Assembly (NCBI RefSeq): GCF_006345805.1
Contig: NC_043009.1
Coordinates: forward strand, 35,588,001 to 35,652,000
Length of the DNA stretch: 64,000 bases
From: Octopus sinensis
Taxonomy: Eukaryota
Reading direction: 5' to 3'
Made by a program: the position numbers and the translations under genes. Positions 1 to 11,616 of the stretch are shown here, piece after piece. Under the pieces are notes generated by a model. That model worked only from the letters and a program-made list of their open reading frames with translations, made no database searches and was not told the origin of the DNA. Each line of letters begins with the position of its first letter. The stretch's first letter is position 1.

Positions 1-79
1 TTTAAAAGCATGAGAAACTTAACAAAAGTTGTTACTCGGAGTTTCACGTTCCCGTTCGTCGGACAGTTTTGTTAAAATC

Positions 80-244
80 TGTGTATATATACATGTATAT
101 ATATGCATATACACACATGCATATATATGTAAATATAAACATAAATGATACACACGCACACACACACCACACACATACGCACACACACACGCACACACAC
201 ACACATACACACACACCACACACACACAACACACACACAACACA

Positions 245-340
<96 letters not shown>

Positions 341-345
341 GAAAT
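80..345. repeat. Compound (CA)n/(TA)n microsatellite
   Basis: Direct reading; explains the HT/CV/IY ORFs at 19-363. Confidence 0.97.
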
Positions 346-705
346 TATAAACTCAACAAACACTGCAGATTTCCTGACATAGACCCAGTGAAAATTATAT
401 GGTTATTGTTGATGACATAAGGTAGCCCAAATGAGGAATATGCTTTAATCGACATGCTAATGGACATATTGTTCGATGTTCAGTGTCGAATGAAATCGTA
501 TTCGATATATTATTAGTGATTAATAATATTGTTATTTCGGTCGAGGAAACCTTTTGCTCTTGTGAGATTCTCCTATGGGAACAGTCTCTTCAGGTAAGTT
601 ACATCTCAGGATTTGCTTGAAGACTCCAAGTACTGATAGGCAAATCTCAGTATAGCAAGGAACTAACACACATACGCACATACACACCAACACACATGCA
701 TACAC

Positions 706-706
<1 letters not shown>

Positions 707-796
<90 letters not shown>

Positions 797-800
797 CAGA
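707..800. repeat. (GATA)n microsatellite
   Basis: Near-perfect GATA tandem array. Confidence 0.97.
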
Positions 801-807
801 TGGACAG

Positions 808-945
808 GTACGCAGGCTTCTTTCAGTTTCTGACTAACAAAATCACTCCCAAGGATTTGGGCAGCCTGTGGCTTTATTAGATTTGCTCAAAGTACCACAG
901 AGTGAGGCTGAACTCGTAACATGTGGTTGGCTATCAAACTTGTTA
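808..945 (-). mobile_element. Degenerate tRNA-derived SINE head, family B (CORE-like; octopus OR2-like from memory)
   Basis: Reverse complement aligns by eye to 55301-55450 (aaccacatg..ttcag..cact..gtgg.acttt..caa..gaaactgaaagaa). Confidence 0.75.
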
Positions 946-981
946 TACATACATACATACATACATACACACATACATGCA

Positions 982-1013
<32 letters not shown>

Positions 1014-1014
<1 letters not shown>

Positions 1015-1129
1015 TCCGCTCGAAACATGAAATTCTCTTTCTTTTCTTTCCTTTCCTGAGCATCCAATAACACTCTACTTATTCCACGTCCTCACGTTGC
1101 TGCTTGTTCTTGCTTGTTCATGTTTGGAT

Positions 1130-1133
<4 letters not shown>
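1014..1133 (+). mobile_element. Penelope-type terminal repeat fragment carrying only the 3' half of a hammerhead motif
   Basis: Inverted copy of 57326-57445 (ccgctcgaaac..tgagc.tccaata..ttccacgtcctc.cgttg..gtttggattaac), followed by (TA)n. Confidence 0.7.
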
Positions 1134-1174
<41 letters not shown>

Positions 1175-1597
1175 TACAGACGAGAAAGTAAATATAGTTG
1201 TGAAAACAGCACAGAAAGATTGGCTGCTTACCTATTGAAGACAATCTTTGGAAGCGCCGTAAAATCATATATATATATTAGTATCTCAAAATTTAATATA
1301 CAATTATTCATAATTGTAGTATCCTACGCCGATGAGAAAAGAAGTTTGGGTAAGGTAGAATTTTCTAATTCTTATGCTTTCCTAAAACTTGATTTCGAAA
1401 CGTACGTCCGTAGGTAACTTAAAATTGTATGATAGATTGCCGTCATCTCATTCTTTCTTACCTGTCTGTGTTTGCCTTTCAAGTGCTGTGTTTTTACTGA
1501 GATCTCCCTTTTAGTAGAAGGAATAGCTATATCTCTTTGACTGCTATTTCTAAATTCGGTGTGTGGCGAGGCAATTCGTTGCTAAAACCTTAATTGC

Positions 1598-1617
1598 TTA
1601 GTATATACATATATATG

Positions 1618-1703
<86 letters not shown>

Positions 1704-1956
1704 TACAAATATATACATATATATATATATACATAGACACACAAACACACACTCACAAGCACACGTGTCCTCATGGTCATGTATACGTACGCGACCACGA
1801 CAAGTAACAAAGCTGTTTTCTTTACTCCAAAATTTACCCCGACGTTTTTTCTGTCTCTCTGTCTTTCTCAATTGCTATCCATTTCGGAATTAACTGTATA
1901 AACTTCATAATTACTCTGTGTGTGTGTGTGTGTGTGTTTGGTGTGTGTGTGTGTGT

Positions 1957-2009
<53 letters not shown>

Positions 2010-2010
2010 C
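1598..2010. repeat. (TA)n and (TG)n microsatellites
   Basis: Direct reading. Confidence 0.95.
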
Positions 2011-2339
2011 TGTGTGTTTGCGTGGCTGAGTGGTTAAGAGATTCGTTTCACAATCACGAATTCACAGATTATATTCCGTCGTGTGACATATTACGCAAAT
2101 GATATTTGTCGTAGTCTAGCTTCACCTCAAGTCCTGTGAGTGAAACTGGGTAGCGAAAGTTTTAAAAAGGCTAGTCGCATAGATCATAGTATTGTGTCAC
2201 CATGATTCTACTCGAGAATAACAGTATGGGTACGCACGCTTGTGGAATACACAATCACTTCACTACTTCAATGAGTAGGTTGTTCAATTGATTGAAAACC
2301 CATACGCTTAGACTCATCCACTCTACGTGGAGCATCGGA

Positions 2340-2760
2340 CAACTACAGATCTGCACAGCACCGGATCACAAACACCTTCCAATCACATGTTCCCCAGTTA
2401 GGCCCATTTCTGTAAGGATTCTCCTCTACAGGGTTTAAAATAACTTGATAGGTTTGCCTCATCTTCTATGCCCCTCTCTTAAATTCTATGGAGCTTTCCA
2501 ACGCGCTCTTCGTAGGAATGTATACTAGATAACCAACCACCTTCCACTGTTTGAAAACGATGCTATCTCCTAAGGCTCAACCCTCGTCGTAACTTCGTTC
2601 GTGATATAGTCGCACCAAGACATTAGAATTCAATGAATTCTGATAGTGACTTTCCACATCTTACAATCGTAATGTCACCGTGGCCCTGACTATGCTTTGT
2701 AGTCAGGCGATGTTTGGTGACTTTGACGAATGAGTTGCACCATACAGATTTCATGAACTG
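2340..2760 (-). mobile_element. Highly decayed LINE RT C-terminal fragment (RTE/L2-like)
   Basis: Minus frame reads ..KSLSEFIEF*CLGATIS.., resembling the VxxFKYLGSxI motif; multiple stops. Confidence 0.35.
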
Positions 2761-4025
2761 GAAGACAGTCACTGTCTTATGCGTATGTGTATGCATGTGT
2801 GTGTATTTGTGTGTATGAGTGTGTGTATGTGGGTGGGGGTGCAATGCCTCTATTCAAATGTCGTATCGTTTTCTGTTTAAGAATCACACGCATAAGTGAT
2901 TCTATTCCTTCTAGTATATCTCGTTCCACCTGCATGTCTGTCTGTTCCATATATAGCTCAGGTGTATATTGCACACAGAAGCAGTAAAAGGAAATAGCGA
3001 ACAATAATACAAGCAACAGTAACCATCTGGATAGACAAGTATTCATTGAAATCGGATACACAGACACACATTGTTAGGGAAGTTATGCAACAACATCAAC
3101 AATCCTCGTTTCCTTCCATTAATTATAGCAGTAATCACGTAACACTAATTATACCACGTATCAACACGGCCAACAGGACGCTGCCACAATAGAAGGGTTA
3201 TTCGATTTCTTAAATGGAGAAAACTAATCTATCTCAGACGTCTAAGACAAGAATGTTTCTTGCTCATAGATGTGATAGCATGGTCATAGCTTAAATATAT
3301 TTGATGATATTTTTCCTCGATTAAGGTTGACCAGGGATTACTTTAATAACGATAACAATTCTGCTAAAACACCAACATCCGTCCCCTATATGCCTATCAA
3401 TTATCCATCGCTTATTACTGCATATTACTAGGAACAGCATCCTTCCATTAAAGAAACCTAATAGTGGCTGGTCTGTGTGGTAGAAATAGCAACTAAAAAT
3501 CCCTCAAAACTTATTCTACCAACTTAGAGAAGGACATATTATTAATATTATCCTAGATACGCTTTATTTGAATAAAAACAAATGTAAAATAAAAATTATT
3601 CCGCATGATCACGAAATATTGGAATGCATTTTAATTATAGTTCTGCTCGATCAAAAGTTTAGCGAGTTAAACACCAGAATCATTGGCCCCTCCTCTACCA
3701 GCACCATCATATGTAACAATATCACGACCATCAACACTGACATCACAACAACAATAAAACCAGCGCCAAGTACTCGACCAGCATCTCCAGCAACACCGAC
3801 GTCCTCACTAAAACAACCAATATTAGCAACAGCACCACTACCATAGCAAATAAATCACATGCACATGCACACAAACTTTCCTAATTTCTCAATTCCGATT
3901 TTAACATCATGGTGATTATTGTAACTGATGTCACTAAGGTTACCTCTATTGTTGCTGTTGTTGTCTTGTTACAGTTGCTAATATCATTACTGCTACTTCT
4001 ACTGCTGCAGCTACTGCTGTTATTG

Positions 4026-4057
<32 letters not shown>

Positions 4058-4114
4058 GGTGTTGTTATGGTAACAATTGCTAAAACAGCTGCTTCCCATA
4101 AAATATTGTAGATA

Positions 4115-4325
4115 AGGAGCCGAGCTATCAGAATCGCGAGTATGCCAGACAAAATGCTTCCACTGCATTTCTTCTGACGTTACGTCCTGAGTTCAAATTC
4201 CACCGAAGCTGACTTTTCCTTTCATTCTTCCGTAGTCAATAACATAAGTATCGGTCACGTACTTGGGTCAATAGACTTTACCTCTCCCAATATGTCAGGC
4301 CTTGTGCCTATAGTAGAAAGGTTAT
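4115..4325 (+). mobile_element. tRNA-derived SINE, family A (degenerate)
   Basis: gagct..cagaatcg..caaaatgct..gagttcaaattcc.ccga..tgacttt.cctttcat; matches copies at 15886 and 18944. Confidence 0.8.
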
Positions 4326-4999
4326 GGTCATTGTTGAAGTAACTTATCTCATTAATGTTGATCTTTTTCATAATCTTTGTTGTTGTTTAGTCGAACAAAT
4401 GCGATGAAAGACAATCCAGAAATGAACACTTATTCTTTTACGGATTCCTAGTCCTCTGTTATTCCTAACAAATCGAGTGACTATATCGCAGCTACAGTTT
4501 TGGTGAGTGTTGTAGCACGTTGTCGTTGTTAAATAGCTCCAGGACAACCCTGATTATGCAGACCTGTTATTAAAGGCGTTACCACCATGACTGTTCTTCA
4601 CTCAGTATTTGAGTACCCTGGACTATATCTATCCTCTATGTCCCTCACCAGTCACCACAATCAGGTATTATTTCAGGTTTCTTTGGCTGCTATCTCTAGT
4701 AACTCCAGCAACCACAAAGAGAATTGCCCGTTGATCCCTGCTCTTTCTACAGGTAGCTGTTGTGGTTGTTTTATTCATGCTTTATCGCTGTAATTGATTT
4801 GGCTTTTATTGCTATTGGCATTTTATTGTTATTGGTAACCGTATTGTTGGTGTAGTTTCTGTTCTTATTGAAAATTTTATGTTTAGAGTTACTGTTTTGT
4901 TGTAGTTGTTAACGTTACATTTGCTTGTGTTTTTGTTGTTGGTGGTGGTGGTGGTGGCGGTGGTGTGTGGTGTTGCTGTTGTTGTAGTTATAGTTATTG

Positions 5000-5190
5000 T
5001 TACACAACCGGACAAAATGCTTAGCGGCATTTCGTCAGTCTTTATGTTCTGGGTTCAAATTCCGCCAAGATCGACTTTACCTGTTATCATTTCGGGGCTG
5101 CAAAAATGAGTACCAGTTGACGACTGGGGCCGAAATAATCGACTAACACCCTTCACTGAACTTGCTCGCCTTATGCCAAATTTTAAACCA
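5000..5190 (+). mobile_element. tRNA-derived SINE, family A (5'-truncated)
   Basis: aaatgcttagcggcatttcgtc..gttcaaattccgcc..gatcgacttt..gagtaccagttg..ctgggg; B-box GTTCAAATTCC present. Confidence 0.8.
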
Positions 5191-7199
5191 TTTGTATTTT
5201 GCTGTTTACTTGTACTGTTTCTCTGACTTCTAAAATGATGCTCTTGTTAATGTTACTGTTTTTAGTGCTGTTGCTAATTTAACTGGCTGTTATAGTTGTT
5301 AGCATTGTTGTTGCTTTCGTTGTCTTTGTTGTTTTTACTCTTGCAGTTGTTGTAGTTATTTGTGTTGCTACTTTTGTGTTTTAATTAGTTATGTTATTGT
5401 TGTAGTTAGAGTAGTTTGTTGTTGCCCAGCAGCAGCTTACCTTTGATCAAGTAGATATATGACCAAACAGTTCTACCCATGACTGTTCCATTCATTCTCG
5501 GACACTGTATCCAAAACTATATATTAAACGATGTGTTCATTGTCTATGATATGTAGGTGTTCTTTGGAAGAAACTAGCTACCATTACAAGAAGTTCGAAC
5601 AACTTTGTGGGAGCTCCCTCAATTTTTTCCATGTTGCGTTTCTATTTCACTATTGTAGATTTCTTTTTGTTACTGGTCGTTATTAATTGCGTTGTTAATT
5701 TTTGCAATGTCATTGCGAATAATTTTCCTTTTGTATGATGTTTGCTTATACAACGGTTGCTATTGAAGTCATTGGCTTGAGAACATACCATTGTTAATAT
5801 TGCCGACGTTGTTATTTTTGTTTCTGTTACAAGTAGTGTTACAGCTGTCGTGTCGTTAATGTATTCCACGTTCATTGTTTGTGTTGTTATTGCAGTGTTA
5901 ATAGTGACGGTCGTGGCTATGTTATTGCAGTTGTTCATTTTATTATTGTAGCTGTTGTCATGATTTATTGTATGCTTTCACGTTACAGATATTGATTTCT
6001 TAATTTCCTACGAGGCCAACAATGTCTATAATAATAACATTTTTTGGCCACTTATGGCCATATATACAAATAATAGTCATACATGGAGTTTACAAGAGAA
6101 TCGTGTGACAATGGAGAGGACAAATAAGGTGAGTGGTTAGGACGATATACAATGTGCATATTAACAATTTTATCTCAATTAAGAATATCGAATCAATATC
6201 AAATTATATAAAGAACACTGTTTTTACAGCGAGATATATTTTAAGGCATAAAACGTGAAACACATATTTAGTAATTCTCCCACTTGCAGGTTGCGGGAGA
6301 GAAACCTCAGACTGTCAGAGCTTACCAAGACTGATATTTTCCCTTTATTTTTCTGGTTTCAAAAATACTTGTGAACAATTTTGGGACCAAGACAGTCAAG
6401 GAACTTGCTACGTTTTTGATATGGTTTGTGTAAATTTTCTGGGTAACATTGATTCAGAGCCTACAATTAATGTTCTATCATTGACTCATTGACAGGCGTC
6501 ACGTAATTGGAAACTATCTCATAATAAGTCTTCACTAAACAATTCTTCAAATGGCAATGTAGATCCATTCTGGATTTGTTTACTTTGTCTCCGAGAAAGA
6601 TTGTGAATTTTACATCATTAGAAGGGATGAGCATTGTTCCACTGTTTGGAGTCTGTTGGGGTGTATATTTTGGGAGTATTTTTGACATTTTTGCTGCCTG
6701 TTCTGCTGTTACCACACCATTTGCTGTCATTCAATCTCACCTTCCACATATTTTTTATCTTTTATAACGCCATTTCTTTTGTCTGGAACTGATTTGGATT
6801 GTAGAATTAAAAAAGAACGGACTTCTGATATTGTTGGTGGAACACTTTTGGCGACACATTCAAATAGCATTTTCACCATTTTCCCCTTCTGTGTTAGTCA
6901 AATTATAATTATAGTATATGTTAATTTACCTTTTAAAGTCTCTTGTATTTTCAAAATTTGGTGGAGGCTATATCTGCTACAGCAACTTTTGTAATGACCA
7001 TCAGGTGCCATTATCCGAGAAGTGGTCAGGTTGAACAAAGAATAAACAAAACCACATGGTTGTTATCAAAAATATCCGAACATAACAAAAATGAAAGGAA
7101 AGCCTGATTTCGAACTTCCGATTAATGGGGCAGATGTTGAAATATTTTGAAACCTTTTGTTGGGGATAAGTAACAACAAAAATATCTTCATGGAAAATA

Positions 7200-8445
7200 T
7201 CTTCTCAGAGACCTTTGTAGAACGTGGCACTTAAAAGCCGTCAACAACAAATTAAGGTTTCTAAAACCCTGGGATAGTGGGTACAAATATCTGAGCGACT
7301 TGGAGCTGGAGATAGTTCTAAATGAGAAGATGAAAGGAAGTATATCTAAACAGGTTAGAGTTGGTAATGACAATGAAATTGACTGGAAAGAGCCTGATAA
7401 CCACTATCAAAATCTGGGTCATGACATTATTAGATATATTCTGAATTGCACCAAATGAGAGATAGAAAAGTTGGATAGGTTGATGCTAAGGAAAATGGTT
7501 GACACTGGTGCAAGTGTGATATTGCTATATGCACTGCGGAACGTAGGAGGACGAGGACTTATAAGTGTGTAAGATTATGTCCGTAGCGAATGCAATGAAA
7601 CCATTGAGAGTAAAAGAAAATTACAAACAACGGCAACTAGCTGAGAAAATGAGCATATGGTAGGATATGAAATTACATAGTCAATTCCAAAGATAAACAA
7701 AAGCAGTGAAAGCAGAATATTTATGGAATTGGCTGACAACAGAAATAAGCACTGAATTCAAATTCGATAAAGATTATGTATAACCTAGATGAAAAAATAA
7801 GTGTAGGTTATGTGAAAAAAAAGCGGGGAAGCGTAGCACACATCGTGAATGCCTATCACGTGCTTGCGCAGAGAAAGTAGAAAGAGCGTCATGATGAAGT
7901 GCGCTCGCACCTCCACTGGTTTTCATAGAAGAAATATATCTCCAACCACTGAGAAATAGCATCAGCACAAACTAGAGAAGTTCTTAGAAATAAAAGTTTG
8001 AAACTCATACGGGACTTTACAATCCAAACAGATAGAGCTCTTAAACATACCAGGTTATACATAAGTTTGGTAGAGAAAGGTACTGTAAGGAGGTGTCTGT
8101 TAATCTATGTAGTTTGCCCAGAAGATCATTACATCAATTATAAAGAAAACTAGAATCATGTAAAATATGCAGAATTGGAAATAGATGCTGAGAAAATATG
8201 GAATTTGAAAATAAGTGTAGTACCAATTGTGATTGGAGTTCTTGTATCCGTGAATAAAAGCCTCCAGAAACACCTTGACAAATTTGAGATTTTTACCAGC
8301 AGTACAACTTTGCAAAAGGCACTTTTAGGGACAGCCAATATCCTGCGGAAAGTAGTGTCAATATGAGGTTATATAACCTGATAAAAGTCGGTTAAATGAT
8401 CCAGAATTCGCAAGGTCATCATTGTGCATATAATGAAATAACCAT
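7200..8445 (+). mobile_element. Decayed R4/Dong-clade RLE non-LTR retrotransposon, 3' part
   Basis: GYKYL, RNVGGRGLISV, CRLC zinc-finger remnant, DFTIQTDR, and C-terminus KYAELEI..IWNLK..VVPIVIG..LQKALLGTANILRKV*; 3' UTR runs into a (TAA)n tail. Confidence 0.85.
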
Positions 8446-8446
8446 T

Positions 8447-8486
<40 letters not shown>

Positions 8487-8497
8487 GGAGAAATTGA

Positions 8498-8530
<33 letters not shown>

Positions 8531-8532
8531 TA

Positions 8533-8575
<43 letters not shown>

Positions 8576-8618
8576 TCTAGAAGAAGAAGAAGAAGAAGAA
8601 GAAGAAGAAGAAGAAGAG
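8447..8618. repeat. Compound (TAA)n-(TAG)n-(GAA)n microsatellite
   Basis: Direct reading. Confidence 0.97.
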
Positions 8619-9119
8619 ACCACAACCACGATAAATATTACATTAATATCACTTTTATTATACTCCCTATGAGTACATAATCCCTTTATATCTTCTAGCC
8701 CTTTGAACACGGGAACAACCCACCCCTTTCATATCTAGAAAAAATTGAAGTATCACCAAACACTTTCCAGAACTGATAAGAAACGCAGAAGATAAGCAAC
8801 TACCATTTTCACAAACAGCACAATTACGAAAACCTTAAAGCACAGCAAACCATCACTTAGTGGTATAAACAGAAAAAAAAACCACAACATATTAAAACAG
8901 AACAAGGTGAGTCGGTTCCCTTCAAGTTCTCCTATAGCTCTCATCGATCGTTGTGATTGTAAATATATTTGACCTCTGCATGGGTGGGTGACCGCTTTTT
9001 TGTTGAACCCCTCACATCTGTTGAACCTATTTACAGACTGGTGATATCTGATTGTGTGCCCACCAAGCTGTGTCTCTTTCTACTGCTATCCCCTCCAACT
9101 CTTACATACTTATGACTAT

Positions 9120-9322
9120 TTCAGCACGCCGGGCGAAATGCTCAGCAGTATTTCGTTACGTTCTGGGTTCAAACACCGCCGAGGTCGACTTTGCCTTTCA
9201 TCTTTCGGGGTCGATAAATAAAGTACCAGTTGCGCACTGGGGTCGATGTAGTTGACTTAATCCGTTTGTCTGTCTTTGTTTGTCCCCTCTACGTTTAGCC
9301 CCTTGTGGGTAGTAAAGAAATA
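9120..9322 (+). mobile_element. tRNA-derived SINE, family A
   Basis: Typical body (gccgaggtcgactttgcctttcatc..ggggtcgataaa..gtaccag) and 3' end gtgggtagtaaagaaata. Confidence 0.9.
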
Positions 9323-9451
9323 TATTTCAATTACAAGGCAAGATCTGAAGCTAATAACATTCAATAATACTACACAGTGGTACGAGCAAAGCCAGCAGAC
9401 TTAACTTTGTTGTCCCTGGCACTAACTCACAAGTAACTACAATGATAATAA

Positions 9452-9663
9452 TGGTTTCAAATTTTAGCACAAGGCCAGCAATTTCAGGGAGAGACAACTC
9501 GATTACATTGACCCCAGTGTTCAACTGGTAGTTAATTTATCGACACCAAAACAAACAGAACAAAGTCGATTTCGGCGGAATTTGAACTCAGAACGTAAAG
9601 ACGGACGAAATACCGCTAAGCATTTTGTCCGGCGTACTAAAGATTCTGCCAGCTAGCCGCCTT
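9452..9663 (-). mobile_element. tRNA-derived SINE, family A (inverted relative to 9120-9322)
   Basis: ggcggaatttgaactcagaacgtaaagacggacgaaataccgctaagcatt..ctgccagct.gccgcc is the reverse complement of the family head. Confidence 0.9.
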
Positions 9664-10639
9664 AACAACAATAATCATAATGGCTACACTGTTGTTATGC
9701 CTACAGAGAGTGGCCGCAGAGACAGAGACGGTGACAGTAGTAGTGGTAATCAACGAACTGTAATGGCATGGTGATTTTCATTGTAACGGCAATAATGGTG
9801 GAGGAGTTAATAAGGGTATTTTCTGTTCCGCGGCCACTTTTTAATGTTCTCAATTTTTGTTCCAATTAATTTCATATTTGTTGTCAACACAGTGTTGATG
9901 CAGTTTTGTATGGTAATCATTGACAGGAAATTCATTTTCGCCATAAGTCAATAAATATAGAAGTAATAGCCTTTAAATTTGCAAATTTTGGATAGTTTTA
10001 GCCAATCGAAACCCACCACATATAGTTACCTCTTTTCATAGTAATGATGCAACTGTTACTAAGCTGCTTACCCACGTGATGATTTTCCGCTTATTAAATT
10101 TTTAACATACATGAAGTATACGGTGGTCTTGTGAGGTGCTAAAAATAATAGCTAAATAGGACTTAATGATACACCAAAATATTTTTTGTGGTAGGGGTGC
10201 ACAGTCGTATGAATTCCTGTGTGTAGAATATAAATTCGCAAAACTTTTCTGAAAATTCCAAAAAATAAGAAATTTATGAGGGGTTATATGTAGTGCGTAA
10301 AGCAGAATTCTGCCAATATTTCATTTAATTACAGTTGACATCACTTGCAGTGACACACAAAATGACAGCTTCCAAATCCAGTTTTCTGACTGGTTAAAAG
10401 TTATTAAATTTAAACCTCTTCGACTTTAAACAAATTGTTCTGGAAAAAATGAATTAGTCCCCGAGATTCAGCGTGGAAAATTACATCAATACACATCAAT
10501 TTTAAAATTTTCACTAAACATAAATATTTCCTCATGTGCAGTCAAGCAGAAAAGATTCAATGATAATGGTAGTGATAATAAATATAGAGATGATAATAAC
10601 GGTTTCAACATAAGCTACACAGGGCTCAGTAATAATAAT

Positions 10640-11514
10640 ATTAGTGTAGCACAAAGATGTTTTATGAAACATAAAGGAAAATTATATCTGTACGCCAAAT
10701 CGCATGTCCCATGGTTAATCTGGACGTACTTCGCTCAGCCAGCCTGGTGTCAAAAACTCATCCACTGGCACAAATTCTTCTCCAAATACAAACCTGGATT
10801 GCCACTTGAACGGGAACTATTATATCTGAAGCACTCCAAGTTCACCACCACAGCCACCAAAGACGGAAAAGTGTAAGAGGATCAAATGGATCCGGGAAGA
10901 GTATAAAGAAGTGTGCATTAGATAGTCCATCTCAAGAGAGACACACCGCAAACTCTTACAAAATATGGAGAGCATGAAATCATAACAGCAAACTTTATTT
11001 GGAAGGAAACAAGTTAGCAAATATTAGGAGAGATAGCTTTAGAAATAATACACTCAGAATGATATAATCACGATCAAACGCAGCAGAAAACGGTCGACAT
11101 ATACGATAGGAAAAATAGAACCGCATGAAGAGAGTAGGTCATCACAAGTCTTAATTGAAAGATTGTAATCTGACAAAATCACACAAAGACCTGAAGAAAT
11201 AAGAAATTCTAATGAACATGAGAAATATATCCAGAAAAGTAGTAGCAAAGAAACAGTATTTAAAGACCACATATTTGCTGAAGAATACAGAGACTCTCTG
11301 ATGGAAATGAAGCAGGAAATACTGAATAAACTTGCCTTTGTGACACATGCAAGTATGAAAGAAACATAGAGAATCACTCCTTAAGCTCCCAAATACAAAA
11401 TAAAATAAATAAAAAATTAAAATTGGCACCTCTGCAACAAAAATCATACAGAAATTAAAACCTGATCTTACTGAGTTAAATGAAATTATTTACGCACTTG
11501 CTTAAACAAAAAAA

Positions 11515-11554
<40 letters not shown>

Positions 11555-11571
11555 ACACACACACACACACG

Positions 11572-11616
<45 letters not shown>

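Noticed and set aside
9830-10560. DNA transposon with TIRs
   Set aside because: It looks repeat-like, but I could not identify matching termini or coding motifs.
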